A DNA stretch of 64,000 bases from Syntrophaceae bacterium (GCA_025355345.1 JANXZU010000122.1:3-64002), one strand, 5' to 3'. Shown: positions 37,794 through 47,874, counted from the stretch's first letter. Translations and numbers: made by a program. The notes: generated from the letters alone by a model not told the origin.

Positions 37794-38645
37794 CTAAACA
37801 ATACTCATGAGTTCTTTGGCACGATCCAAATCATCAGATAGCATAACCATGCTCATTTCCAAGTCCCTCATTCTTAAATTAAATTTTTTTAATAATTGAC
37901 TTACAGCGCGCTGAGCTAGACCATCGACACCGCCACCAACGCCCATCATAAGGCATGCCTGATCGGCCATATATACAATCCATGGTATTATTTTTTCCTT
38001 TTTTTCCAGCAAATCCGGTCGGTGGTGATAGGCAATAGCTTCACTGATCTCTACCGGGAAATTCCAATGTTCCGTAATTTTTCCACCTAAATCAGCATGA
38101 TTGATTCCAAGAACTATTTCTTCCGCCTCTAAAAATGACATATTCTTTTCAGAGACCAGCGTTGAAATTTTAGCTAATGAATCGCGGACAAATTCACCCA
38201 TAATAATTTTCCCCACATCATGCAGAAGTGCTGCTGTATAGAGAGTGCTATCTTCCTGTCCAGTAATTTTTTTTGACAAAATTTGAGACATCAAGGCAAC
38301 AGCCACACAGTGCTCCCATAAATCGGTAGTTTTATCAAAATAACCCAAAGCTCCTTTTTTATAATATTTAGAAATGCCTGCTGTCTGAATCGCGCGGAGA
38401 AGATTTTTTTGTCCCAGATAAATAACCGCATCATTTATAGTGCTTATCCGATGCAACGGACTGAAATAAGCTGAATTCGCCATTTTCAATATATTGGCTG
38501 TCATGGAAGGATCAAATTTAATAATATTTGCCACCTGCATTACAGAATAGTCAGCTTGATTTAGCAGCTGCGCAACTTTGTTGCCTGTCGCCGGAAATGC
38601 CGGAATTGTGTTTATTGATTTTAAAATACGGTCAACTATTGTCAT
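37794..38645 (-). CDS. HDOD-domain signalling protein
   Basis: LPAFPATGNKVAQLL......VANIIKFDPSMTANILKMANSAYF, followed by HD-like LLHDVGK. Confidence 0.8.
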   Translation of the reverse strand: MTIVDRILKSINTIPAFPATGNKVAQLLNQADYSVMQVANIIKFDPSMTANILKMANSAYFSPLHRISTINDAVIYLGQKNLLRAIQTAGISKYYKKGALGYFDKTTDLWEHCVAVALMSQILSKKITGQEDSTLYTAALLHDVGKIIMGEFVRDSLAKISTLVSEKNMSFLEAEEIVLGINHADLGGKITEHWNFPVEISEAIAYHHRPDLLEKKEKIIPWIVYMADQACLMMGVGGGVDGLAQRAVSQLLKKFNLRMRDLEMSMVMLSDDLDRAKELMSIV

Positions 38646-39124
38646 AATTCTTTCATTTCACCTCCGGAACTGCGGATAAATACTTTACCCATCTCCATTA
38701 CCAGACGTATAGTACGATTATAGTTTGCACCGGTATCCTCTGCTTTGATCATAATATTATTTTTCCAAAATATTTTCCGCATAGCCATAATATTTTTTTG
38801 CCCGATACGGAAAAAATTAGTATCATCAAGAATACTTGCTCCCCCGGCCACATTAACGATCATCCTCTTTTTTTCTGCACCCATGGCATAACAGCTCTTA
38901 AATAACATTGGTATACCTGTATCGGCAAACATCGCCGGATTATCTTTAGCCTTTTTCGCGTCCAACGCAGAGTCCGGCAGCATGTAGTGCAACAAACCTC
39001 CGACCTTCGCCACAGGATCATAAACGCTAATTCCTATACAAGAGCCCAGGGCATAAGTTATGATAACATCATCCAACTTATTTGTAATCTTAATGTCTGA
39101 TATACCTACAATTAAATCGCTCAT
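38642..39124 (-). CDS. cheD: Chemoreceptor glutamine deamidase CheD
   Basis: LGSCIGISVYDPVAKVGGLLHYMLP carries the catalytic Cys context. 160 aa. Confidence 0.9.
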   Translation of the reverse strand: MSDLIVGISDIKITNKLDDVIITYALGSCIGISVYDPVAKVGGLLHYMLPDSALDAKKAKDNPAMFADTGIPMLFKSCYAMGAEKKRMIVNVAGGASILDDTNFFRIGQKNIMAMRKIFWKNNIMIKAEDTGANYNRTIRLVMEMGKVFIRSSGGEMKEL

Positions 39125-39128
39125 AAGC

Positions 39129-39956
39129 TCATTTCTGATATACGCTGGGTTCTATGTACTTGAACTGATGATTTAAACCGGTTAAACTTTCCGAATGACC
39201 TACGAAAAAATAACCGCCGTTTTTTAAGGAATCATAAAATTTATTAACTAAAACACCTTGTGTTTGTTTATCAAAATAGATCATTACATTACGACAAAAA
39301 ATAATATCAAAATGAGCCTGTGACTTGAATTTATGCATTAAATTAAATCTCTGAAAATCTATCATACTTTTGAGTTCGCTCTTCACCCGGTAATGCCCCT
39401 CAGAATTGCCGGTTCCAATTTGGAAATATTTTTTTAGCATAGAGGGTGCAATATTTTTAATTTTCTCATGCGTATAAATACCGGCTTCAGCTATACGTAA
39501 GACTTTTGTGGAAATATCTGTGGCCAGAATCATCGTTTCGAAAGGTTTCTGCGCTGCAACCTCTTTTACTGTCATCGCAAGAGTATAAGGCTCCTCTCCG
39601 GTTGAACAACCCGCAGACCATATTTTAAAACGATCAGTTAACCCGCGGGAATTATTCTTTTCCAGAATCGATGATATTATCAACCTTAATCGAACAAAAT
39701 GACTTTCTTCACGGAAAAAAGACGTTAAGTTGGTAGAAATCGAATCAATCATCGCGATTAATTCATCTGTTCCTTCCGCCGTAGTTACATAATGGCAATA
39801 ATCACTAAAAGATTTGTAATTACCAGCATGAAGCCGCTTAACCAAACGCGCTTTAACCAGCTCCCTTTTGCCCTCATGAAGATTTATTCCGCATTGCTCA
39901 TAAATAAGTTTACTTATTTTTTCAAAATCGCTACTTTTAAGTTCATAATCATTCAT
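39129..39956 (-). CDS. cheR: Chemoreceptor methyltransferase CheR
   Basis: TNLTSFFRE. SAM-binding IWSAGCSTGEEPYTLAM. IFCRNVMIYFD. Confidence 0.9.
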   Translation of the reverse strand: MNDYELKSSDFEKISKLIYEQCGINLHEGKRELVKARLVKRLHAGNYKSFSDYCHYVTTAEGTDELIAMIDSISTNLTSFFREESHFVRLRLIISSILEKNNSRGLTDRFKIWSAGCSTGEEPYTLAMTVKEVAAQKPFETMILATDISTKVLRIAEAGIYTHEKIKNIAPSMLKKYFQIGTGNSEGHYRVKSELKSMIDFQRFNLMHKFKSQAHFDIIFCRNVMIYFDKQTQGVLVNKFYDSLKNGGYFFVGHSESLTGLNHQFKYIEPSVYQK

Positions 39957-40251
39957 GTGATATAAAACAGCTTCCTTGTTCTAATGTCAATAAATATTAC
40001 AGAGCTGATGCTTTTCCCTAATATTCATTTATAGTTGAAAAAACAGAGATAATCAACCTTTAACTTACGAAGTAATCATTGTGTCAAGAAAATATCCATT
40101 GTTCTAAATCATATAATCAGCATTATAATGATATGTTTATTTTTTGACGCTTTTATGTTGTTTGCTATTGTTTTTTAATCTTTTTTATCTTAAAATATAA
40201 ATACTTTGCTAATATAGGAATTGATTCCAACTGAAACCAACGGGAAATAAA

Positions 40252-41640
40252 ATGAAAAATGGAAAAATACTTATCGCCGACGATGATGAACTCAATAGAG
40301 ATAACATGTCGCAATTGCTTAAAGATGAATATGAAATAAAAACAGTTCGTGACGGACGGGACGGAATTGAAGCTTTCCTTGAAGATAAATTTGATTTAGT
40401 TATTACTGATTTGCGTATGCCCAATGTTGACGGTCTGGAATTTCTCAAATTCATCAAAGAAGCTAATCGCGATAATATTGTTATTATGATTACCGGCTAT
40501 GGTACCGTCAATACTGCCGTAACCGCAATGAAAATGGGGGCTTTCGATTTTATTACCCGGCCGATAAAAGACGACCTTGTAAAATTATCGGTAAGCCGCG
40601 CAATGTCATATGCCAAGTTACTTGTTGAAAATAACTCCATGAAGGAACATTTAAAGGAAAGGCAGAATTTCGACAAGATAATCGGCTACAGCGATTGCAT
40701 GAAAAAAATTTTTGATGTGATTGACAAAGTTTCCACATCCGATAGCACAGTACTGATCTCCGGAGACAGTGGAACCGGCAAGGAATTAGTAGCCCGTGCA
40801 ATTCATTTTAAAAGTGATAGAAGCAGCCAGCCCATGATTCCCGTGAACTGCGGTGCAATTCCGGAAGATCTACTGGAGAGTGAATTATTCGGTCATGAAA
40901 AAGGGGCTTTTACGGGAGCAATTCGCAGCAGAATGGGACGGTTCGAGTTGGCTCAAGGAGGCACGATATTTTTGGACGAAATTGGTGATATGAGTCCATC
41001 CTTGCAAGTTAAGGTTCTTCGAGTAATTCAGGAAAAACAATTTGAGCGTATCGGCGGTGTTAAGACAATCAACGCTGATGTACGCATTATTGCGGCTACC
41101 AATCAAAATCTGGAAAAGGCTGTCGAGGAAAAGCGCTTTCGCGAAGATCTATTTTATCGCATTAATGTTATTCCCGTTAACTTACCGACTTTGCACGAAC
41201 GCGGCTCTGACATCCTTATCTTGGCGAATTACTTTTTAACGCATTTTAACGTGCTGAAACGAAAAAATGTGGAACGGATTTCTCCGGAAGCAGCCAATTA
41301 TTTTATGCAGTATAAATGGCCGGGCAATGTTCGTGAACTGCAAAATCTGATTGAGATGCTCGTTGTCATGAAAGAAAAAGGTGAAATTGGTGTAAGTGAT
41401 CTACCCCCCAAATACCGCCATATTCAATCTGCGATTGAAACAACGCCAAGCATTAAGATAACTGAAGAAGGCATCAATTTTAATGAACGAGTAAGCCAAC
41501 TGGAAAAAGATCTCCTGTTAAAAGCTTTGAAAATAAGTGGCGGAGTAAAAAATAGAGCGGCAAAACTTCTCAACCTTAATCGTACAACCCTTGTAGAAAA
41601 GTTAAAGAGATTGAATATTACTGATGGCTGGGTAGATTAA
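40252..41640 (+). CDS. Sigma-54-dependent response regulator (NtrC family), with no adjacent kinase
   Basis: REC domain (VITDLRMPNVDG). AAA+ domain with GDSGTGKE and GAFTGA. C-terminal HTH. Confidence 0.9.
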   Translation: MKNGKILIADDDELNRDNMSQLLKDEYEIKTVRDGRDGIEAFLEDKFDLVITDLRMPNVDGLEFLKFIKEANRDNIVIMITGYGTVNTAVTAMKMGAFDFITRPIKDDLVKLSVSRAMSYAKLLVENNSMKEHLKERQNFDKIIGYSDCMKKIFDVIDKVSTSDSTVLISGDSGTGKELVARAIHFKSDRSSQPMIPVNCGAIPEDLLESELFGHEKGAFTGAIRSRMGRFELAQGGTIFLDEIGDMSPSLQVKVLRVIQEKQFERIGGVKTINADVRIIAATNQNLEKAVEEKRFREDLFYRINVIPVNLPTLHERGSDILILANYFLTHFNVLKRKNVERISPEAANYFMQYKWPGNVRELQNLIEMLVVMKEKGEIGVSDLPPKYRHIQSAIETTPSIKITEEGINFNERVSQLEKDLLLKALKISGGVKNRAAKLLNLNRTTLVEKLKRLNITDGWVD

Positions 41641-41671
41641 TTCTAATACATTTTAATAATTAGGTGAGCAA

Positions 41672-41845
41672 ATGAAAAAAAACTTTTATAAAATACTGAT
41701 TACGATATTTGTATTATCAGGATTAATAATTGGTGCGGCAAAAGTGTTCTCAGGCGCCCCAGAACCGAATTGTGTCTGCGCTGAATGTAATCACAAATGC
41801 GGCACCGGACATGCTTCGTGGTGCTCATCCAATCCCAAAAAATAG
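41672..41845 (+). CDS. Small (57 aa) predicted secreted cysteine-rich peptide; absent from the ORF track because it is under 60 aa
   Basis: My own translation: MKKNFYKILITIFVLSGLIIGAAKVFSGAPEPNCVCAECNHKCGTGHASWCSSNPKK. SD GGTGA lies 5 nt before the ATG, 31 nt after the activator stop. Confidence 0.45.
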   Translation: MKKNFYKILITIFVLSGLIIGAAKVFSGAPEPNCVCAECNHKCGTGHASWCSSNPKK

Positions 41846-42264
41846 ATTGGAAGTTAAAGGATTAGACTCGCGGAAACTGCTCGCTTAATTACTTGGTCGC
41901 AACGACATCCAGTTTATATCCTAAAGGGATGACTACGGTGGCAATGACCTCGCCATTAGCATTTTCATTGGTGAAAGCTTTAATCAAAACGGTTTTGGAG
42001 TAAATCGTTTCAGTTATCGGTTTATTCAAAGGACAGTGCATTTTTGTCTGCGTCATCTGCGCATCAAAAAAGTATTTGTCATACCATCCATCACCCTGAA
42101 ACCTTTTACTAGTTCAATCGTCCTTCGATTGAACCGGAATATTTCAGAGCAATGGCATGTCATTGCGAAGCGCAACTTTTGCGCTGTGGCAATCTATCTT
42201 GCCACTTTATTGCGCCGGCACTGAAAAATGATCATCGAATTTTTCATGTTTGAGATGAAAATTT

Positions 42265-42849
42265 TTATTTGGTCATTTTAATTTGTTCGGGATAACAAAA
42301 AAATTCATATACAGGTTTCTTGTTGGCATAGATTATAAACGTCCTTGATGGAACATCCAGGCCTATTGAATCTGTTACCCCTTTCAATGTTTTGTACATG
42401 GAGTATTGAGGTGTTATTTGGGGCGAGATCCCGACGTACGCCCCTGCAAAAAAAGGCTCAAACATAAAAGGAGTTCCATCGTATGACTTCATGGTACGAC
42501 ATTCAATAGAAAACCATTTCGTAAAGTCACTACCGTCGTCTTTTAAAGTCCTGCAACCAGAAAATGTTAAATCTTTATTGGCCGCTTTTGTGCTTACCTT
42601 AATCGATTTCACAATATCTTTATCAATTACAAGTTCAACAAAATCGTTATTATCAATTTCATATTCTCCATTATACTTATCCACAATAAGTGTGCCCCTA
42701 TATCTTTCTTCAGCCATGCCTATACTAGTTAATATGACAAAGAACAGAATGGAAAACATCCATAGAACATTAATTTTCCCGACATATTTTTTTTGTTCTT
42801 TTGCTTTGCAAAAAATACCTTTTGTTTCGATCAATGAGTTCTTTTTCAT
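42265..42849 (-). CDS. Hypothetical membrane-anchored protein (194 aa)
   Basis: Long ORF with one N-terminal TM helix (VLWMFSILFFVILTSIGMA). No recognisable family. Confidence 0.5.
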   Translation of the reverse strand: MKKNSLIETKGIFCKAKEQKKYVGKINVLWMFSILFFVILTSIGMAEERYRGTLIVDKYNGEYEIDNNDFVELVIDKDIVKSIKVSTKAANKDLTFSGCRTLKDDGSDFTKWFSIECRTMKSYDGTPFMFEPFFAGAYVGISPQITPQYSMYKTLKGVTDSIGLDVPSRTFIIYANKKPVYEFFCYPEQIKMTK

Positions 42850-42900
42850 AACTCCTCCTATTTTTACAGTTTTTGATGTACTACTAATTTGCGCTTGCGG

Positions 42901-43407
42901 CTATGCTTCAGCTTCATCCCTCTTCCACATAATAAGTGTCAGCCATACCATAAAAATCCTTACCGGCATGGCTATATCCGCCGGCAAATCAATAACAGCT
43001 TTTTTTGTAAATGCGTTTTCAGGCCACACCGACCCAACCTGTTGACCGCCTTCTCGTAAAACAAACTTGCGCTGCATTGCAGAGGCTGCTCCTAGTATAA
43101 AACTCTTGTTGTTGTAATGTAATGTGTACGATCTTATCAAAGCGCTTGGTTTTTCAGCGCTAGCAAGCACCAATCCTTCCTTCTCAATCACAAAAGCTCC
43201 ACTTAATATTCCTTCACGGCACACTCTGTACTTTACCCCATCCAGATGCAATTCACCAGCTTCGCGCACCCAGGCAAGGTCTATCTTTGCGATGGCCCTG
43301 CGGTCGTCAAAAATTGTAAAATTCCAGGACAACCAGCCATCGGGGACAGCTCTTAACATAACAATAAACCTCTTTTTGGCGTTCTGTTCATTGTTGCTTT
43401 CGGACAT
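42901..43407 (-). CDS. Hypothetical protein (168 aa) with a C-terminal hydrophobic helix
   Basis: Long ORF. Beta-rich-looking repeats and a C-terminal MPVRIFMVWLTLIMW. No recognisable family. Confidence 0.5.
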   Translation of the reverse strand: MSESNNEQNAKKRFIVMLRAVPDGWLSWNFTIFDDRRAIAKIDLAWVREAGELHLDGVKYRVCREGILSGAFVIEKEGLVLASAEKPSALIRSYTLHYNNKSFILGAASAMQRKFVLREGGQQVGSVWPENAFTKKAVIDLPADIAMPVRIFMVWLTLIMWKRDEAEA

Positions 43408-43431
43408 ATGTTTTTCATAGAAACGTACTCC

Positions 43432-43641
43432 TCAACTTTTGATCTTCTGTTTCTTTCCGATGACCCTGTAAAGTATGATACCCGGAATGCCTAAGAAAAC
43501 GAGGACAAGGAGCCAGACGATCTTGTCATTCCCTTCAAATCTGCTTTTCAGGATATCAATAATTGCCATAATCCAAAAAGGACTTGCCAGAATACCAATG
43601 AAAACCACTAGAACTATTATTTCGTATATTCCAATACCCAT
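43432..43641 (-). CDS. Small PLD-nuclease-N-terminal-type (PLDc_N-like) membrane protein
   Basis: 69 aa with two TM helices. Has the W..V......P..G...Y pattern (KIVWLLVLVFLGIPGIILYRV). Confidence 0.55.
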   Translation of the reverse strand: MGIGIYEIIVLVVFIGILASPFWIMAIIDILKSRFEGNDKIVWLLVLVFLGIPGIILYRVIGKKQKIKS

Positions 43642-43745
43642 AATATTTTAACCCTCCTGTTCTTTATATATAGTTTGACAAATATCGAACGACAAAAGTT
43701 CCAAAATATTTTTTCTTGGGGTTATTAATTGCCCTAATTACAAGA

Positions 43746-44267
43746 CTATTTAGAAACAGAATTCGACATAAGTGTTTTATTGCCATTATTATCTACCGAA
43801 ATTTTATAAGTCCGGCCTTTCTGACGTTCAAATCCTGGCTTAGGCATGATTACTTTGTTATCGTTTGTGATGATAAATGTTTCCTTTGCAAACTTGTTCC
43901 CCATTTTGATTGCAACATCATATTCCACATTCATTTGCAATTGAACGGGGCCTTCGATAACTGGAAACTCAGCAAACTTCTGCCCGTATTTGATCTGTTG
44001 CAGCATCGGATATTTCCTGTTTTCCACCTTAGTTGTCAGGTCGTGCTCAAGCGCCCACAGTGGCTTTATATACTCACCCGTACCAAACTTCTTTCTGTCA
44101 ACAGAAGCGATTACTCTCAGCGAGCTAATCTCATGCTCTTCTTCCAGCACAAAATATAATTCATTATCTATCATTACAACATAGACCGGAACCGGTCCTA
44201 TGCAAGAATAAGAACATATGCAAAAAATTAGCAAAAGTGCCCAAAGACCATGTTGATTGCTTTTCAT
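43746..44267 (-). CDS. Hypothetical secreted protein or lipoprotein (173 aa)
   Basis: Signal peptide with Cys residues (LLLIFCICSYSCIG). No recognisable family. Confidence 0.5.
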   Translation of the reverse strand: MKSNQHGLWALLLIFCICSYSCIGPVPVYVVMIDNELYFVLEEEHEISSLRVIASVDRKKFGTGEYIKPLWALEHDLTTKVENRKYPMLQQIKYGQKFAEFPVIEGPVQLQMNVEYDVAIKMGNKFAKETFIITNDNKVIMPKPGFERQKGRTYKISVDNNGNKTLMSNSVSK

Positions 44268-44343
44268 TTACTTATCTACACTTTTTTCAAAATAATTAAT
44301 GGAAACTATCTATGTAAGATCAGGCAAATTAAAAACCGTCATG

Positions 44344-44694
44344 TTATCTGGTTAGGATATAGGTACAACAAAGGAAAGCCACCCCTAGCAATAGCAAGAT
44401 TAACCATGACAGCATGCTTGTGCGCTTTCGATCGTTAGTAATTATTGTTTCCGCCGGTTTTTCAGAAAGCCGCCTTGCCAACAGCCTGGATGACAGCAAG
44501 AAGATAATAATGCCCGCCACACCCAAAAATATAAATGGCAGTATATCTGCCACCGATTGGTCGGCCTTTCGGGTAATGATTAGGACTGCTGCCGTGAAAC
44601 CGGCTACTGACATTATTCCACCCAGCAGTTTGCCAAGCATAAGCGGCAATTGTTTGAGTTCGGATTTTATCGCAGCAAACTTTCCATTATTCAT
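44344..44694 (-). CDS. Hypothetical polytopic membrane protein
   Basis: Three hydrophobic helices. The ATG at 44694 has a GAGAGG SD and removes the overlap with the upstream gene. Confidence 0.45.
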   Translation of the reverse strand: MNNGKFAAIKSELKQLPLMLGKLLGGIMSVAGFTAAVLIITRKADQSVADILPFIFLGVAGIIIFLLSSRLLARRLSEKPAETIITNDRKRTSMLSWLILLLLGVAFLCCTYILTR

Positions 44695-44708
44695 ATTGAT
44701 TTTTCCTC

Positions 44709-45116
44709 TCACGTGATTATTTTTTTCCCGCAAGCATGACAATATGAGAATTCCTTTTTAACTTTACCCCCGCAATAGGCGCAAAAATTGATCTCCACAT
44801 CAGGAGTTGTTCTATTTTCTGTGCTTCCTGTAGCACTTAATTCATCTCCTGTCTCTTCTTCAATATCTAATATTGACGGCCTCTTTTTAGCAAAGGTATT
44901 TCTCACATAGAATACTGTGATTACACTAACGACGACAAGAAACATCGCCCCGAAGACCAGAAGAAATACTACCCCCGGTTCAATTTCATTATCCCATGGA
45001 CGTGATAAGTTCAAAATTATGCCTATCCAGCCAAGTATAAATACAATCCCCATTATGCCCATTACTATTCCGATCGCGGATACCGACCGTCCTGCCTTAA
45101 TCTCCAGTTTCTTCAT
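44709..45116 (-). CDS. Membrane protein with a C-terminal zinc ribbon
   Basis: Two TM helices and CAYCGGKVKKEFSYCHACGKK (CxxC-N10-CxxC). The ATG at 45116 has an AGAGG SD. Confidence 0.5.
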   Translation of the reverse strand: MKKLEIKAGRSVSAIGIVMGIMGIVFILGWIGIILNLSRPWDNEIEPGVVFLLVFGAMFLVVVSVITVFYVRNTFAKKRPSILDIEEETGDELSATGSTENRTTPDVEINFCAYCGGKVKKEFSYCHACGKKIIT

Positions 45117-45467
45117 CTCGTACCTCTTTCTATTTTTTGCTGCCTGCCGATAACAATATAAACGATTGTTCCGATACATTTAATGTTTTAACCATACGAA
45201 CATTCTGACGTATTTTCTACACAAATATTTCTTTAAAATCAAATAATCATTACTGAAGACAAACGCAATATTTATCTCATCTAGGCTTTTTATCTTCAAA
45301 CTGTCGATTAAGTGCCGGCTTTAAACCAGAAGAAGTAAAAAATGCAAAGGTCATCAAAAGTAAGGCAACCCCGGTAAGCGTATTTACTGAAGCATTTTTT
45401 TATTTTGCTGCTTATTTAAGGTATTTACGTTCTTGCTGTTGAAGAGCCGCAGTAATTGTCTGCGTCA

Positions 45468-46049
45468 TCATTCGTGCCCATTCCTGTGTTTCGGAAATCT
45501 TTGGCGCAACGTCTGCACAAATGCCCCATCTGCCCGTGCAGAGACCATCTCCAGTGGTGAATAGCCGCGCTTCCACGCCAGATAAAAACAGATTACCAGC
45601 AATACGATAGTAATCATAAAATTTGGCCAGGCGTTGAGCTCCCACTGGCCAGACCAAACAAACTTCCACGCATCGGAAAACGGCATCAGATAAGGTATCG
45701 GCCAATGATCGTTATCCGGCCCCCTTGCACCTAAAACATCTCCAAGCAGATGGATGTGAAAACTGATAAACGCCAGCACGGCCACACGCAAGCGTCGCCC
45801 GGTACTGATAAAACTAACAGCGGCAACCAACAAGGCAAAGGTCAGGTTGTGCAGGGCAGTATGGTGGTAGGTTGACCACCACAACAGCTCATTCTGTGAT
45901 CCACGAGTCATAATTTCAGCAACCAGTCCGAGGCCATCAAGATCAGGCGCAACACCGGCCAAAGTGATCGCAACCCTTTCCTTGCGCACAAGCGTGCTGT
46001 CAATATTGGCAACTGTCCAACCGAGTAAAAAGTGGGTGATCGGATTCAT
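45468..46049 (-). CDS. Membrane-bound metal-dependent hydrolase (YdjM/DUF457-like)
   Basis: MNPITHFLLGW start and multiple His-containing TM segments (YHHTALHN, HIHLLGD). Confidence 0.6.
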   Translation of the reverse strand: MNPITHFLLGWTVANIDSTLVRKERVAITLAGVAPDLDGLGLVAEIMTRGSQNELLWWSTYHHTALHNLTFALLVAAVSFISTGRRLRVAVLAFISFHIHLLGDVLGARGPDNDHWPIPYLMPFSDAWKFVWSGQWELNAWPNFMITIVLLVICFYLAWKRGYSPLEMVSARADGAFVQTLRQRFPKHRNGHE

Positions 46050-46266
46050 ACTGTTCCTTTCAGCTGCGCTTTAAGGATCTACTAACCTGAAGGTCACGCG
46101 AGACCAGGACTTCTTATGATAACGGAGGCCTGCACTTCTCAATCTCCAAATCCCACTCAATGCCTCTTTAGTTCACGTGTAATTTAGACAAGATAGTAGC
46201 ATGAGTTATTATTTTTCAAAATGTCATTTCTCCCAAGGACTACATGGACGATCTGAGTTATATTGC

Positions 46267-46743
46267 TTATTTCTTCCCTCTGGAAGATTGGACAGATTCT
46301 TCCAAAACCATTTTGACGTTTTTCTTTTTTGCAAAAACCTTCATATGGTACTGCCCGCTGGCTTTAAACGGGCCGGATAATTCTAAGATTATCTCAGCAC
46401 AACTAAACGGGATAACCAGCACATTATCGCGCAAGAATGGTTGACCAAAACTTATAGAATAGAGCCAGTCCGCGGAATGCCCTAGAAAGACGCAGGCCAC
46501 TACATATTTTTCAAAATTCATATCCGGCACCGGCTGATCAAATGCCCGCGTCCAGAGTTCATGCCACTCCTTTCTGGTTTCCACCACTTTAATAAATTCA
46601 TTTTTTTGATTTGACTTCGATCCCTTCCATGTCATGTTTTGAGGCAAAGCATGCGGCAAGGTTTCTGACTGTATGATCACCGGCAAAAAAATTAACTGCA
46701 GCAATAGCAGGCAAATCAATAAATAATATTGTATTATTTTCAT
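46267..46743 (-). CDS. Secreted hypothetical protein, possibly PrcB-C-like
   Basis: Signal peptide. The pattern EWHELW....PVPDMNFEKYVVACVFLG resembles PrcB C-terminal domain proteins. This is recalled from memory, not searched. Confidence 0.4.
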   Translation of the reverse strand: MKIIQYYLLICLLLLQLIFLPVIIQSETLPHALPQNMTWKGSKSNQKNEFIKVVETRKEWHELWTRAFDQPVPDMNFEKYVVACVFLGHSADWLYSISFGQPFLRDNVLVIPFSCAEIILELSGPFKASGQYHMKVFAKKKNVKMVLEESVQSSRGKK

Positions 46744-47089
46744 TTTAATTTCTCCATTTTATATTAATTTAAAAATCATCACTCAAAACCGACATAAGCT
46801 TAAACGATTAATTTTTCGTAATCACTGATAAAACTAACTATCTAAATTATTCAGGCATTACTACAAAACAAATATATTCCATGTTTACTTGTCCCACCGC
46901 CAAAGTTGCAGTGGGGAAATGGACTTTTTATGAAAAACATATTTATCATTTTCAGTCAATAATAGAAATATGGCGCAAGTAAATCAATAACATTAAATTA
47001 CTAAAACATGCGCCGATGGCTAAGGTTTAATGCAGAAGAAAAAATCGAAAGTCAAATATCCATTCAAGGTTATCAATACGGTAGCACAG

Positions 47090-47124
47090 AAAAAAAGGCT
47101 TTAACGAATATTCGCTAAAGCCTT
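47090..47124 (-). terminator. Rho-independent terminator after the initiator tRNA
   Basis: Hairpin AAGGCTTTAGCGAA-TAT-TCGTTAAAGCCTT followed by a T7 run, read on the minus strand. Confidence 0.65.
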
Positions 47125-47134
47125 GATTTTATTT

Positions 47135-47211
<77 letters not shown>

Positions 47212-47325
47212 ATATGTAAACATTTGCATCGAATGAGCTTAGACCACTATCTCCAATTTTTGTCAAGGAGTTATTTTGATGTGTTATAATGAAGGCTTAG
47301 CTCAAAAGCGCATTTCGGAGAATGT

Positions 47326-47874
47326 CTAAAAGATGAAAACCGCAGCCGCCACAACCGTCGTGTACCAATTATTTTTTACAATTGTTGATTGCGTTATATT
47401 CCGGGTACTGACAATTTTCCCGCTGATCTTGAATATTTCCTTTTTCTCATCCCAGCTTTCATCAATATTAAAATCAATACCCAGCGTTGATGCCAACATG
47501 GCAGCGGCTAAATCTTCGGCATGATCGCCCGCCTCTTTTTCCGTGTTGCCAAAGGCATGATGCTCGCTAATATATCCGTAAGCTTTTTTATCGGCAGGAA
47601 TGGCCAAACCAACAGATGATGCCAGAAGTCGCCTGGGCTCATTACTGCAACAGCGGCTCATCACGCAGAAAGTTATAGCACCGGTCTGCAAATCTTTCAG
47701 GCCTTGCGCTTTGGATATTACTTTACAATGTGGCGGAAAGATGCTGGATACCTGTACGAGATTGCACTTTTCTATTCCGGCATCACGCAAGGCTAATTCA
47801 AATGAATGTAGCTCTTCTTTATGGGAACCGACACCTTTGGTCAGAAACATTTTTCTAGGAAAACTTTGATTCAA
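47326..47874 (-). CDS. pdaD: Pyruvoyl-dependent arginine decarboxylase
   Basis: FLTKGVGSHKEELHSFELALRDAGIEKCNLVQVSSIFPP includes the self-cleavage Ser-Ser site. TTG start with GGAG 7 nt upstream. Confidence 0.85.
   Translation of the reverse strand: MNQSFPRKMFLTKGVGSHKEELHSFELALRDAGIEKCNLVQVSSIFPPHCKVISKAQGLKDLQTGAITFCVMSRCCSNEPRRLLASSVGLAIPADKKAYGYISEHHAFGNTEKEAGDHAEDLAAAMLASTLGIDFNIDESWDEKKEIFKISGKIVSTRNITQSTIVKNNWYTTVVAAAVFIF

Noticed and set aside
40144-40171. Sigma-70-like TTGACG-N16-TATTGT upstream of the sigma-54 activator gene.
   Set aside because: The hexamers are plausible, but the spacer region is so AT-rich that many equivalent matches occur. It is not supportable without transcription start data.
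42153-42166. TGGCATGTCATTGC on the + strand, a sigma-54-like sequence.
   Set aside because: The spacing between GG and GC is one nt shorter than in the seven accepted sites and the consensus. No + strand gene follows it.
44323-44338. Minus-strand CGGTTTTTAATTTGCC upstream of the 173-aa putative lipoprotein gene, as a possible sigma-54 promoter.
   Set aside because: Only the GG and GC dinucleotides and the spacing fit. The rest of the -24 element is absent. This is easily a chance match in AT-rich DNA.
45412-45705. 97-aa minus-strand ORF overlapping the 3' part of the DUF457-like hydrolase gene in another frame.
   Set aside because: It overlaps the longer, motif-bearing ORF 45468-46049 almost completely. 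It has no independent support and no clear evidence of a frameshift joining the two frames.
46090-46125. AACCTGAAGGTCACG, which resembles AACCTAAAGGTCACC in the loop of repeat copy B.
   Set aside because: It is a single match of about 15 nt (13/15) with no flanking repeat modules. It is within chance expectation for a 64-kb window.
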